A stretch of 63,398 bases of DNA, the filler included, from Chrysochromulina tobinii (lineage: Eukaryota): the NCBI GenBank assembly GCA_001275005.1. It is 6 parts of 6 records of this genome, joined end to end, with 100 filler letters (N's around TTAATTAATTAA, not from the genome) between each part and the next. Parts side by side here need not be neighbours in the genome. Positions count along the whole stretch, not along the records: positions 20,949 to 30,489 come from JWZX01001167.1; positions 30,590 to 41,781 come from JWZX01001168.1; 4 more parts are not named here. One strand, 5' to 3'. The translations under genes and the position numbers were made by a program. Of the stretch, positions 22,011 to 32,104 are shown piece after piece (positions within the stretch are counted from its first letter, which is position 1; every line of letters starts with the position of its first letter). Under the pieces are notes generated by a model, which had not been told where the DNA came from, searched no databases, and saw only the letters and a list, made by a program, of their open reading frames with translations.

Positions 22011-23379
22011 TCAGGCCTCCAGGCCGGCTCTTGCGCCGTGCGGGAAAAACTTCCGAAAGGTGCTCGCCCTGAGACACTCCAAACGCTCACGCTGCTTTGG
22101 AGATATGTTCTGCCACGGATCATTCAGCCTGCCGAGAATCGAGCACGTCGTGCAGTCGGAGAGAGGCGGTCATACCACAAGGGACGGCGATTGCGGAGGG
22201 GAGAATAGTCATACCACAAGGGGCGGCGGTTGCCTAGGGGAGGATAGTCATACCACAAGGGGCGGCGGTTGCGGAGGGGAGGATGCACTCACTGGTCTGT
22301 GAGTAACTGCAGCTGTGTGTGCGTCATGCTGTCTCGCCGCGGGTGCTCCTCGGAAGAGAGCATCTCTTCGAGCAATGGGTCGTCCAGCCGCGGCAGCCAT
22401 GAGCTCTGATACCATCCGTTGAACGTAAGGCGCTTGCCCGTGTGATGAGGGCTGACAGTGGTCACAAAGTGCGCCGAAGTCGTCGTGACGATGAAGAGCA
22501 CGAGCGAGTTGAACGACGCCGGGTACGTGGCCACGGCGTGATCATGCTGCGCCCAGTAGAGGCCCTGCGCACGCGTGAAAATGCCCACGGCAGGCATGAG
22601 CTGAGAGGGCCATGCGTGCGGGGATGGCCCAACCTCCAAGAAGGATCAGTGTGGAGCTCCTTCCTGTGGCCTTCCGCGGGATCGAGGACTGTTGCACTCA
22701 CGCCGCCCCATTCCGGCTTCCAATTCTTGGACAGGTGCCAGACATAGGCCACCGTACGCTGCCCAACCCAGTCTGTGTGCGGCAGAGAATGGTGACCTGT
22801 GTCGTACCAGCTCGGCGCACCCGTGGTATCTCCGGTGCAGTCACGGCCCGTGAGCTTAGAGATGAATGCCCTCGACGCCTTCGCGGCAAACATGTCCAGC
22901 GTCGAGTTTAGGCGCGCGCTCCACGAGCTCCTCTCGTATACGTTGTTGTGCAAATGAGCGTAGCCATCTGGGAAATACGCCTCATTCAGCTCCCACGCGA
23001 CGCTCGACGCAGAGAGCTCAGTGAACACCATCTCAGCAAACTCTGGCCGAAAGGCATCTTTGATCACAACAAGGTCGCCAGCTTGCAGCCGGCGTGTAAT
23101 ATCCTCCATCGTGGCGGGATCTGCGAAGTGGGCGGGGTTGAGGTAATGCTCTAGATCGCGTTCGCCCTCCTCGAGCACCAACATGGCCGCAGCACAACTC
23201 GGATCAAGCGGGACCACCGGCGCCGGTTTGGAAGCCTTCTTCTTCGCAGCAAATCCTTTTGCGGCTGGCGGTCGCGTCGTCTGCTTCATGCAGATGGGGG
23301 CTCCCCTATCACACGGCTTTTTTGTCAGCGAAGTCACGTGCAGGCCAGCCGTGAAGATCATCGCCAACATGCCGAACAT
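22011..23379 (-). CDS. 2OG-Fe(II) oxygenase, prolyl-hydroxylase (TPA1/OGFOD1-like) type; three exons
   Basis: SWYDTGHHSLPHTD...AYVWHLSKNWKPEWGG|GLYW...FNSLVLF...HFVTTV...RLTFNGWY; GT-AG introns 22565-22701 and 22129-22292. Confidence 0.85.
22169..22284. repeat. 39-bp intronic minisatellite, 3 copies
   Basis: gtcataccacaaggg starts at 22169, 22208 and 22247. Confidence 0.9.
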
Positions 23380-23423
23380 TTTGCCCTGTAAACTTTTCCA
23401 GGGTCAATCTCCTCTGGAGATCT

Positions 23424-23594
23424 ACCGGTAAAAAAGACACCGGGGATCTACCGGTACCCGCAAGTTTCCCCACCTGCATAATGCAGTAGAAACTTCCGAA
23501 AGAAACGTCGGTTAAAAAACACCGGGGGGGGAGCCGGGACAGACACGTCGGTACACGGTCCTGAACAGTCCCCCGGACGTGTTTTTGAACCGGT
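23424..23594. mobile_element. MITE-like relic with imperfect inverted ends (ACCGGTAAAAAAGACACCGGGG motif)
   Basis: accggtaaaaaagacaccgggga on the left, tcccccggacgtgtttttgaaccggt on the right, and an internal copy near 23509; the motif also occurs at 29214 and 42469. Confidence 0.55.
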
Positions 23595-23727
23595 GCGGCA
23601 GCCGTCGAGAAGTCGAAGGCATAAACGTCTGTCACGTTGGTCCGACACACCAACGAACCCCAAATCTGAACACCTGGATGCAATACCAAATTTCCGGCTC
23701 ATGTAACAGCCATTCACAGGAGAGGCC

Positions 23728-24738
23728 ATGCGCCTCTCCCATCCACCTCATGCTCGACCAGCTCAGCCGCCGCAGCTGTTCACGGCCTTAGAGGTCGAGG
23801 CACTCTTGGAGAAGGCTCGTGCCGAGGAGCGTGCTCAATTGAGATCGCATCTCATCGAATCGAGCGCTCTGTCTGGCGCAGCGACAGAGGCAGCGCTCAG
23901 CCTGCGCGAGGGTGGAGAGCTGCTTCAGCCTCAAGAGCTGTACGCGGAGCTCATCAGAGAGCGCGTCCTTAGCGCGGCGCTGCAGGTTCAGATCGATGCC
24001 ATGGAGGAGCGCCATCGGGTGCAGCTGGCCACGGAGCGCAGCGCTGCCTTGCGACTTGTGGAGGAGCGGACCCAGGCGGCCGAGGCGCGATATCGCAAGG
24101 AGCTGGAAGCCGCGCAGCGCCGTGGCCGGCTGCTCGGGCAGCGGCAAAAGGAGCAGCAGCACGTGGTGGCGGCACTGCACGCGCTCAATGCGCAACTGCT
24201 CAATGAGGCAGACCCACTCCTGCTGTCGACAAGTAAGTTCAATTGGCCGCGCACACCCGCGCTGCAGCCACCTGCCCTCTCGCAGGCGCCGCCGCCGCTC
24301 GCGCCTCGTGCGCGCCCAACGAGTCCGACGCACCCAATGAGCCCCACGGCGATGCGCACGATGTCGCCGCGCACGGTGCCGCCTCAAGCGATCCCGCCGC
24401 CGGCCGGCGTCCCGCCCACTCCGTCACCGCCAGTCACGGGCAGCCAGAGGCAGAGCGGCGCACCAGCTGCGGTAGGGTGGTCGCCGCGCCCACGGAGCGC
24501 CGTCGGCACCGCGTGCGCCGCCACTGTCACCAACGTACTGCCGCCCACCGCCGCATCGGCGCCACCTCGGCCGCGCTCGGCGATTCGGTCGCGGCACGAA
24601 GAGCCGAGTCACAATTACAAGCATCGCACGGGTGCTGGCGACATGCTGGAGACGGTCCTTGTGCGCCGATGGGGCGTCATGGAGGCGCCCCAGGCGATTG
24701 AGGGCGTAGCGGTCGGCCTTGGAGTGCGTCCAGTATGA
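23728..24738 (+). CDS. Hypothetical coiled-coil/Pro-rich protein
   Basis: 336-aa ORF with an E/R/A/L-rich helical half and a Pro-rich tail. Confidence 0.65.
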   Translation: MRLSHPPHARPAQPPQLFTALEVEALLEKARAEERAQLRSHLIESSALSGAATEAALSLREGGELLQPQELYAELIRERVLSAALQVQIDAMEERHRVQLATERSAALRLVEERTQAAEARYRKELEAAQRRGRLLGQRQKEQQHVVAALHALNAQLLNEADPLLLSTSKFNWPRTPALQPPALSQAPPPLAPRARPTSPTHPMSPTAMRTMSPRTVPPQAIPPPAGVPPTPSPPVTGSQRQSGAPAAVGWSPRPRSAVGTACAATVTNVLPPTAASAPPRPRSAIRSRHEEPSHNYKHRTGAGDMLETVLVRRWGVMEAPQAIEGVAVGLGVRPV

Positions 24739-24809
24739 TGAATTATGATTCGGTTTAGCTCGGTATCGGTTAGCGCGAATGATTCCCTGGCCGGGCGCCG
24801 GCCCGCTGC

Positions 24810-24847
24810 GGCCCATGCGCCATGGCGCATGGGCCAGGGGCTCTAGT
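24810..24847 (+). mobile_element. Helitron-like 3' terminus
   Basis: Perfect 26-bp GC-rich palindrome ggcccatgcgccatggcgcatgggcc, then 7 bp, then CTAG followed by T. Confidence 0.6.
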
Positions 24848-25135
24848 GTATTTGACTAAGAAGCGTATAGAAGTCTAGTGTATACGAAACCTCGCAGTAT
24901 CTGTGTGAAATGTGTCAGAGTAATTGATGGCTTCATGCGCGCATTCGTTAGCGCGCAAACTAAAACTGCAATACTATTTTAACTATTCGAGCCGTGGAGA
25001 ACCCGGCTGACGGTGGTGCAAGGACGTCCTAAGGACGTCCAAGCGTCGCCGCGCGCGAGATGCACACAGCGAGATGCACAGCACTTCACAGTGCTCCCCT
25101 CTCCGCACCGATCTCGCTCGCTCCCGCGCGCGCGC

Positions 25136-26738
25136 TCAATCACGACAGTCGAGTCGAGTAGCTCGAGCACGATCGCGGCCGCCATCGAGCGTCAGTCGGG
25201 GCGTAGGATTACCCTCTTTGGCAAGTTGAGGCTCCGATGGAGGGCTCCCCAGCCTGGGGCTGATCGGATTCGGGCTCAACTGCACGATCAACTCACGCAA
25301 GATGACGATGACCTCGGCCATCTCGGGACGGGCGGCGTGATCGGTGCTCCAGCAGCGGGTGAGTAAATCGGTGAGCTGCGGCGGGAAGCTCTGTGAAATC
25401 TTTGGCCGCTGGCCCGCTGAACAGACGCGCCTGAGAACAACGGACGGAGGAGATCATGCGGAGGTGAGAGACGTGGGCTCTAGAAACTCGCGTCGGATAC
25501 GGCAGAAGGCGGGGTGGCAAACGGGGTGTGGCCGCGCACCGATAGAAGGAGTCGACATCGCAATCGGCAAATGGGCGCTCGTGTGAGGCCATCTCCCACA
25601 GCACTGTGGCGAAGGCGAAGACCTCGGCCTTATGCGAGTATGGCTTTGCGAGGGCGACCTCGGGGGCCATGTAGCGGAGCGAGCCGGTGTTGCCCGTGAG
25701 CTTTCGCGTCTCGTTGCCGTCGAGATCGTCCGCGCTGATGCGCCACAGCTTGGCGAGCCCGAAGTCGAAGAGGGCGAGCCGCCCGTCGGGCAGGAAGCCG
25801 ATATTGTTCGGCTTCAGGTCGCGATGGAGGATGCGGCAGCCGGGGAAGACGGAGGTGGCGACCTCAGTGTGGCAGTAGTGGAGCGCTTCGGCGAGCTCCA
25901 GGCCGGTGCGCAGCGCGCGCGTCAGCGGCCACTTCTTCACCTCGCTGCGCCGCGTCCAAAAGGGCACCGAGTCGGCCGGCCTGGGCAGCTCGGCCGACAG
26001 CACGGTCTCGAGCTTCTCGATCACGATGAAGGGCAGGCCGTCCGGGTCGAGGCCGTGCGCGATGGCGCCGAGCACGTGAGGGTGCTGCATCGCCATCATG
26101 AGCGCGCTCTCCGATAGCAGGTCCTGGGACGCCGTCGGGTTGCTGCGTTGCAGCGGCTTGAGCATCTTGACGACGACATCCTTGCCGTCGAGCTTTGAGA
26201 GGAGGGCAACACAGAACTCACCAGACCCGAGCTCTTTCATGGGCTTCTCAAGCTCGTCGAGCGTGATCAGGCGCGGCGTCCACAACGCAGATTCGCTCCC
26301 CGCGACGAGGAGGAGCCGCGAGTCGGTGCCGCGCACATTCGCGATGCATTGTGTTCTCTGAGTCGCCAGCTCGGGCGATTGTGTTTTCGGAGGCGTTGGC
26401 AGTACATGTACATCAGGCAGCGGCTCAGAGTGCTTGGAGACGTTGAAGGCCTCGTCAACGTGAGCCCGAGCTGGAGATAAAAAGCCGAAAAAACGGTGCC
26501 AGGAGCAGCATCCATGACCCCGAGCAGGAGCAGCGTCAGCAACATTGTCTTGCCCTGATGACCAATGGGGGTTGTTGGCTGGCCGACGGACTCCGGCTGA
26601 CCTGTCAGTGCTCAATCCAATCTGCGCGCCACTCGATGCTGCTGGCTGCACTGGTTGAGTACATGCATTGGTGCGCGCCTCGAGCTTTATAGCATCTGGG
26701 AGATGTTCCTCTGATGCACCTCCAATCGCGCAGCGCAT
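25136..26738 (-). CDS. TKL-like Ser/Thr protein kinase (intron 25431-25539; start uncertain)
   Basis: GSGEF, VVKMLK, HRDLKPNNIGF, DFGLAK, TGSLRYMAPEV; the spliced last exon supplies LLTRCWSTDHAARPEM. Confidence 0.9.
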
Positions 26739-26941
26739 TCCACGCGGGCGAAGCGAGCACGCGGGCGGGAGCGCACACGCGGTACGCTACGATTCGCATC
26801 GGAATTACGAATTGCCTAAATAGGAACTGGGACTTAATTCACTCACAGTTCGTGGGAACGCATGTCGTGCTAACCATTCATCCTCGCCGGTCTACAGGCA
26901 CGATACTAGTAGAATCCCGATGTGTTCGACGAAACGCGTGA

Positions 26942-28324
26942 ATGGCGCCTCTGCTCCCGTCGCATGCCCGAGGCACGATGTCGGTGCTGCGCTCCGAGGC
27001 AGCACACCTCTCGCCGTGCATTGGGCTGGCGCTCGGCAGCACGCTACTTCGTCGACTGTATGACCTGGAGCCGGCTGTGCAGCTCGCTGAGGGCGCGCGC
27101 GTGCACAACGGCGTTGACGGATCGACGAGCCTGTATCGTGCCTCGGCGGTCGGCGCGCTGCTTCGCGACAGCTTCCATCGCAATCATCCCGATGAGCCGC
27201 TGCGGCCGACGACCAATCGGTCGCTGCCGTGTGCGCACCTCAGCCCATCGCTCATCGCTCACGTGCTCGGCCTTGCGTGGCGGCGGCCGGGCGGCGAGGC
27301 GATTGGTAAAGCCTTGCGTGCAGCCACATGCAGCGAGACGGGCTTCGACGTGCCCAAGCTGGCCCGCACGACGGGTGTCACGATTGCAAGATTTGAGCGC
27401 TTGGTGGCTCAGGTGGTTGCAGCCGACGACGAGCCGGACGCGCCCTTGCCACACACGGGCAGCGCCATCCTCTTGCGCCACCTCTGGCTCCGCTCGTCAA
27501 GCCGAGAGGATCTGTGGACGTACCTCGCCACCCTCGAGGCACACTACGGTCCAGCGCTCAGCGCTGGCGCGCACGACCTCAGCCGCTCAGCGTGGCGTGC
27601 GCAGCCGCCGTATGGGGCGGCCGAGCTGGCGGCGCCGTCGGTGCTGAGTGCAGCCGGCGACGTCTTCTCTCGCGACGACGACGAGGCGCTGAGCGATCGG
27701 CGCGCTTCGTTCGAGCGCCTTGCGGCCGCGCTCGCGCTCGGAGGCTCGCGCGCCTCGCCGCTGCTGCAGGGGCGGTACGGGTATCGCGAGCAGCCTCCAG
27801 TGGCTGACTGCGCAGAGATGGTGGCGCGCGAACTGCTCAACGCGCTGCTATGGGACTCAGCGACGCAATCCTTTGACACGTCCCGCCTGCCGCCGAGCAG
27901 CTTGCCCGAGCTGCGCGCGTTCTATGCGCCCGGAGGGCCCGCCGATCGCGACGGGGCCGCCGTGGCGGGCGGCGCAGCGGCGGCGCCGGCGGTCACGACA
28001 GCGAGGCGACGGGTGAGGCGAGCGGCGAGGCCGCCTGGCATGCGGGCCCTCCAGTCTACTCGACAGCCGCTGCCGCCTGGTTCGAGATCGTGTCCAACCG
28101 CAAGCCCATTGCATACCTCGCGGGGCTACCCGGCCAGCGCTACGAGATGGCACCGACCGTCGAGAATGTGGCCACTTGCCTTGGAGCGCTGATGGGTGTG
28201 CCAGGCCGTGTGCGCACTCCCGAGGACCTCGGCGCCTTTTGGCGCGAGTGCCATCCGGAGCGCGGCGTGGCGTTGCGTACCAGCGCGCTGCGCGACCGCA
28301 TGTACCTTCTCGAACGTACCGGTA

Positions 28325-28369
<45 letters not shown>

Positions 28370-29130
28370 TGAGCTCAGACGGGGCGGAGCTCACGCTCGT
28401 GATCGAGTTCGTCATGTCCGAACGCCTCAATCACGCGTTCGCCATCCATCACTGGAAGCCCCCCACCTGGCAACGCGAGGTGGCGACGCTTGCCAGTCAG
28501 CAACGCGCCGCCCATTGGTCGGATGGGCAGCTGCCGCGCGCGGTACTGCTCCCGGCGCTGCTCCAGCCCCTGCTGCTCACCGAGTGCGCTTCAGGGGTCA
28601 GCGACGCATCCTGCGGATGGCGCGACGAGCGCCGTTGGCGACGCCTGAGGTTGCTTAGCTGTGACCCTACCGATCCGAGCGCCGTCGCCGCCAATGTACT
28701 AAGCATGCTCGAGCTCACAGCGCTCGAGGCAGATGCGGCCGCGGCCGCAGCTGCCATGCCAGCCTCCCCGGACGCGGCGAAGGCAGCATGGGTTGCGCTC
28801 AAGACGGCGCGAGAGGCTGACGAGATGCTCGCAGCGCGCGTGCTCTCTCTCTCCAACGGCCTTGCGGGCGCAAGAGATGACCTGCTGCTGCGCATGGCCG
28901 TGCGCGTGGCCGCGAGCGAATCAGCCTCGCTGCGTCGCGCCGCGTTGCTCGAAGGGCCGCTCGCCGCGCCCGTCGCGCTGCTTTGCGCTAAGCAGAGCAA
29001 AAGCGGAGCGGACGCCGCGAAGGCGATTGCGTCATGGGGGCGCGCTGCGACGGCCTCGCTCAGCGGTTTCAGTCAAGCGCTGCGGTGCACGGTGCGCGCA
29101 GCAGTATTTCGGCCCGAGCGAGTGCGGTGA
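26942..29130 (+). CDS. Hypothetical protein split by one frameshift near 27950 (pseudogene or assembly error)
   Basis: One frame gives ...VADCAEMVARELLNALLWD...ELRAFY; the other continues AAAWFEIVSNRKPIAY...YEMAPTVEN...NHAF. One extra base in gggg near 27953 would fuse them. Confidence 0.65.
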
Positions 29131-29213
29131 CGCGGGACTCAGATTGGAGGCATTGATTGGAGGACACACGTGTCCTTTTCTGCGTCTATCTTAGTACCTT
29201 ACAGTCCCGTGTG

Positions 29214-29233
29214 CCCCCGGTGTCTTTTTACCG
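29214..29233 (-). repeat. Copy of the dispersed CGGTAAAAAGACACCGGGGG motif
   Basis: cccccggtgtctttttaccg is the reverse complement of the motif at 42490-42509. Confidence 0.7.
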
Positions 29234-29570
29234 TACACAGTACTGCGGACGTTCAGCTACCGTAGCTCCGTCACTCCTCACCCATTGGCTATAATTCGGG
29301 CTAATGAGCTTGCTCGTTCGGGTGATGCAGGCGTGGGAGCGTTGTGCCGGTACGCACACGCCTCAGGCCGTCATCCCACTGCCGCCGGTACAGTCTAGCC
29401 GGTGTACTGTCTTCTCATCTCATCTCATCTACCACACATCACCCGTTTCGTCAGGAATTAAATATTCCTCTCGAGATTCCCCTCGCATCTCCCACTCCTC
29501 CCGCACAGCTCTCACGTGCACTCAGTCTTGGCCGGCTCGTCGCCCGCCCCTCCGTCACGCGAGAAGCGAG

Positions 29571-30437
29571 ATGGTATTTTCAGCTCTGAAGCAAGCGGCC
29601 AACAGACTGGCCGCAACAGTTCTCGCCGCCGATGCAGCGTCGATCCCACCTGTACCCCCCGCGTTCAACCCGGCCGACACGGTCGGGTCCAGAACCAAGC
29701 TGCAGGGGGCGATCGCGCGTGCGCCAGGGCCACTCTACTACCTCATCCCCGACGTGGCATCAGTACACACGTCGAGATCCAAGCAAATTTCGATCAGCGA
29801 AGATGGCGATCCCGCCTCAGCCTCTGACAGATCTGAGACGGCTTTCGCAACGCTCAACATCGACACCGTTATGTACGGCATCCTCCGGACTGCCGGGGGT
29901 TCAGCAGAGATGCAGATGACCGTCGGCGGCTCGCCGACGGGCGCCCCCGTCTCCTTCTCTCCCGTCGTCGGCACGCCATTCAACTCTCTCTCCGCCACGA
30001 TCGGAGTCGGGGCCCCACAATCCATCACCATCGACCAAGCCGTCGGACTCGTCGGTGGCTCGTGGATTCCGTGGGCCGGCTCGCCTGGCGCACCGCCCGC
30101 CATCCCCACCCAAACTGGCATCCTCACCATCGCCGCCGCGGACGCCACCGCGATCGACCAGGAGCCCTTCCTCGGCCCGATCGGCAGCCCCTCCCGCGCG
30201 ATGCGCATCGCATCCCTCACCGTCATCTCTACTGTAATCCCGACGACCTGCGCTCATACCGCCACATTTGTGGCGGGGCTCCTCGGCGATAACATCGGCC
30301 GCCCGCTTTCGGTAGCCCTCGCATCCATCCAGCCCCTCGCCAACCCCGCCGACGGGCCCATCCTCGCCGCGGCTCGCCTCGCCGCACCGCCCTTCTTCGC
30401 CAGGGTGTGGTGTAGTTTTTTCCCAAAAGTGGTGTAG
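29571..30437 (+). CDS. Hypothetical A/P/S/T/G-rich protein, possibly truncated by a repeat starting at 30401
   Basis: C-rich third codon positions up to 30400, then an abrupt switch to cagggtgtggtgtagttttttccc repeats. Confidence 0.5.
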   Translation: MVFSALKQAANRLAATVLAADAASIPPVPPAFNPADTVGSRTKLQGAIARAPGPLYYLIPDVASVHTSRSKQISISEDGDPASASDRSETAFATLNIDTVMYGILRTAGGSAEMQMTVGGSPTGAPVSFSPVVGTPFNSLSATIGVGAPQSITIDQAVGLVGGSWIPWAGSPGAPPAIPTQTGILTIAAADATAIDQEPFLGPIGSPSRAMRIASLTVISTVIPTTCAHTATFVAGLLGDNIGRPLSVALASIQPLANPADGPILAAARLAAPPFFARVWCSFFPKVV

Positions 30438-30489
30438 TTTTTTCCCATACGCATTCATGTGCATTCGTATGCATGCGTCTGCATTCATA

Positions 30490-30589
30490 NNNNNNNNNNN
30501 NNNNNNNNNNNNNNNNNNNNNNNNNNNNNNNNNTTAATTAATTAANNNNNNNNNNNNNNNNNNNNNNNNNNNNNNNNNNNNNNNNNNNN
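30490..30589. other. Artificial contig spacer
   Basis: N-run + TTAATTAATTAA + N-run. Confidence 0.98.
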
Positions 30590-31117
30590 GTGGCCAGCAC
30601 GTGCTGCTGGCGATCAGGATCGACGAGTATGTACGGCATAGGGCGCGCTGAAGCCGTCCGCTTCGAGCGGCACACAGTGCTTCGAGCTACACAGCAGGGT
30701 GCTTCGAGCTACACAGCAAAAAGGCGCTCGCGCTGTTTCGGTCACAAGGTTAAAATTCCCACACTTCCATCCTTACGGTTCGGGTGCGCGACCTGATCTC
30801 AGCTTCACTCCGTCGGGCCGGTCGCGTGTCGCGTCGCGTTTTCACCTAATTAGACATTTTCGCGTTCCGTCCCCGCGTTCGCGGCCCAGAAAACGTCGAA
30901 GAAAACGCTTTGTATTCCGAGCCGACTTCACACTGGAGAGTGCAATAGCGCCGTATTGGGCCCTATGCATATCTGGTTTGCGCCCCAGGGGACCTCCACC
31001 TCCGGGCTCCCGGCTCTGGCCGCCGGGCGCGGGGGCAAAATCAAACGCGAGGCGTGCGCAGGCCGAGGAGGAGGATTGGCGCTCGCACCTCTTCCAGATG
31101 CATCCTACAGCGCATGG

Positions 31118-31897
31118 TCATACGCGCACGATGGTAGAGACAGTGACCGGTCCAGGATCGTTCCCTCCCCATACCGGCTTCGCATGGGTATGAATAGGCC
31201 ACCACGTGCCGACATTGCTCGTGGCGCGCAGCGTGGAGAACGGATGGGCAGTTGGCCAGATTCTCCCCAGATCTGTGACTGACTCGGTCTGACCGAGTCT
31301 GCGACTTAATCGTGCGACATCGCCGCGCCTCGCCACGGTGCGCTCGTCAGCTTTCGCTCGCTCGTGCAGGAGCCTCTGCTCCTCGGCCACATCCTCCGCG
31401 TCTTCAGCGTGCGTCAGATGTCGCGCGAGCGTCGTGCTGCCATCTAGCTGGGCAGCCCGGCGTGCGTCACGGCGCGCTTTACGCAACTGATTTTTCTTCG
31501 CATCGGCGTCGTGGTCAAAATGCGCGAGCAATTGCCCGACCTTCGTCTTGTCGTCATAGTACTCTGCATCATCGTGCTCCAGGCCTGCTTCTGTTGCATA
31601 TGCAGACTCGAGATAGAGGCTCAGTCGCAGGTACTCCTCTGCCCAGGCCTTGCGATCGTGAGAATTGGCGTTGGAATCGCCAGCCTCTATTCCTCTGAGC
31701 TTGGGCCTCCGGTGACAGTCTACTTTTGAGATCACACCGGTTAAATCATTCGTGCGTGGCGTGCGTGGCGAGGCGAGCCTTGGGGCCTCGCGTAGGTCCT
31801 CCATAGGCAGCTCCCACCAGCGTAATTGACGCGCAGCGCCATCGCCGTGGATGCGGATCCCAGGCGCACTCACACGCGGGCGGCGCGCTGCCTCCAT
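31118..31897 (-). CDS. Hypothetical protein
   Basis: ORF with protein-like charged helical composition; no motif recognised. Confidence 0.4.
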   Translation of the reverse strand: MEAARRPRVSAPGIRIHGDGAARQLRWWELPMEDLREAPRLASPRTPRTNDLTGVISKVDCHRRPKLRGIEAGDSNANSHDRKAWAEEYLRLSLYLESAYATEAGLEHDDAEYYDDKTKVGQLLAHFDHDADAKKNQLRKARRDARRAAQLDGSTTLARHLTHAEDAEDVAEEQRLLHERAKADERTVARRGDVARLSRRLGQTESVTDLGRIWPTAHPFSTLRATSNVGTWWPIHTHAKPVWGGNDPGPVTVSTIVRV

Positions 31898-32104
31898 GTC
31901 GTCCGTGTCCGGGCAAAAAAGTGCAGGCAAAAGCAAGGCAAGGCAAGTCCTTGTGTTTCTGCAGGTGTGGAGACTCAACACAGTCTGGAGTACTCTGTGA
32001 AGAAGAACACCTTTTGTACCGTTGGAAAGCCAACGAAACACACGGCCATCCTGCCTTTTTCCTGCCTTCCTGCGTGCCAAATGCGGCATGGTCGCGAGCC
32101 GAGC

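Noticed and set aside
22169..22284. CRISPR-like array
   Set aside because: Units are contiguous with no unique spacers, lie in an intron, and no cas genes are present.
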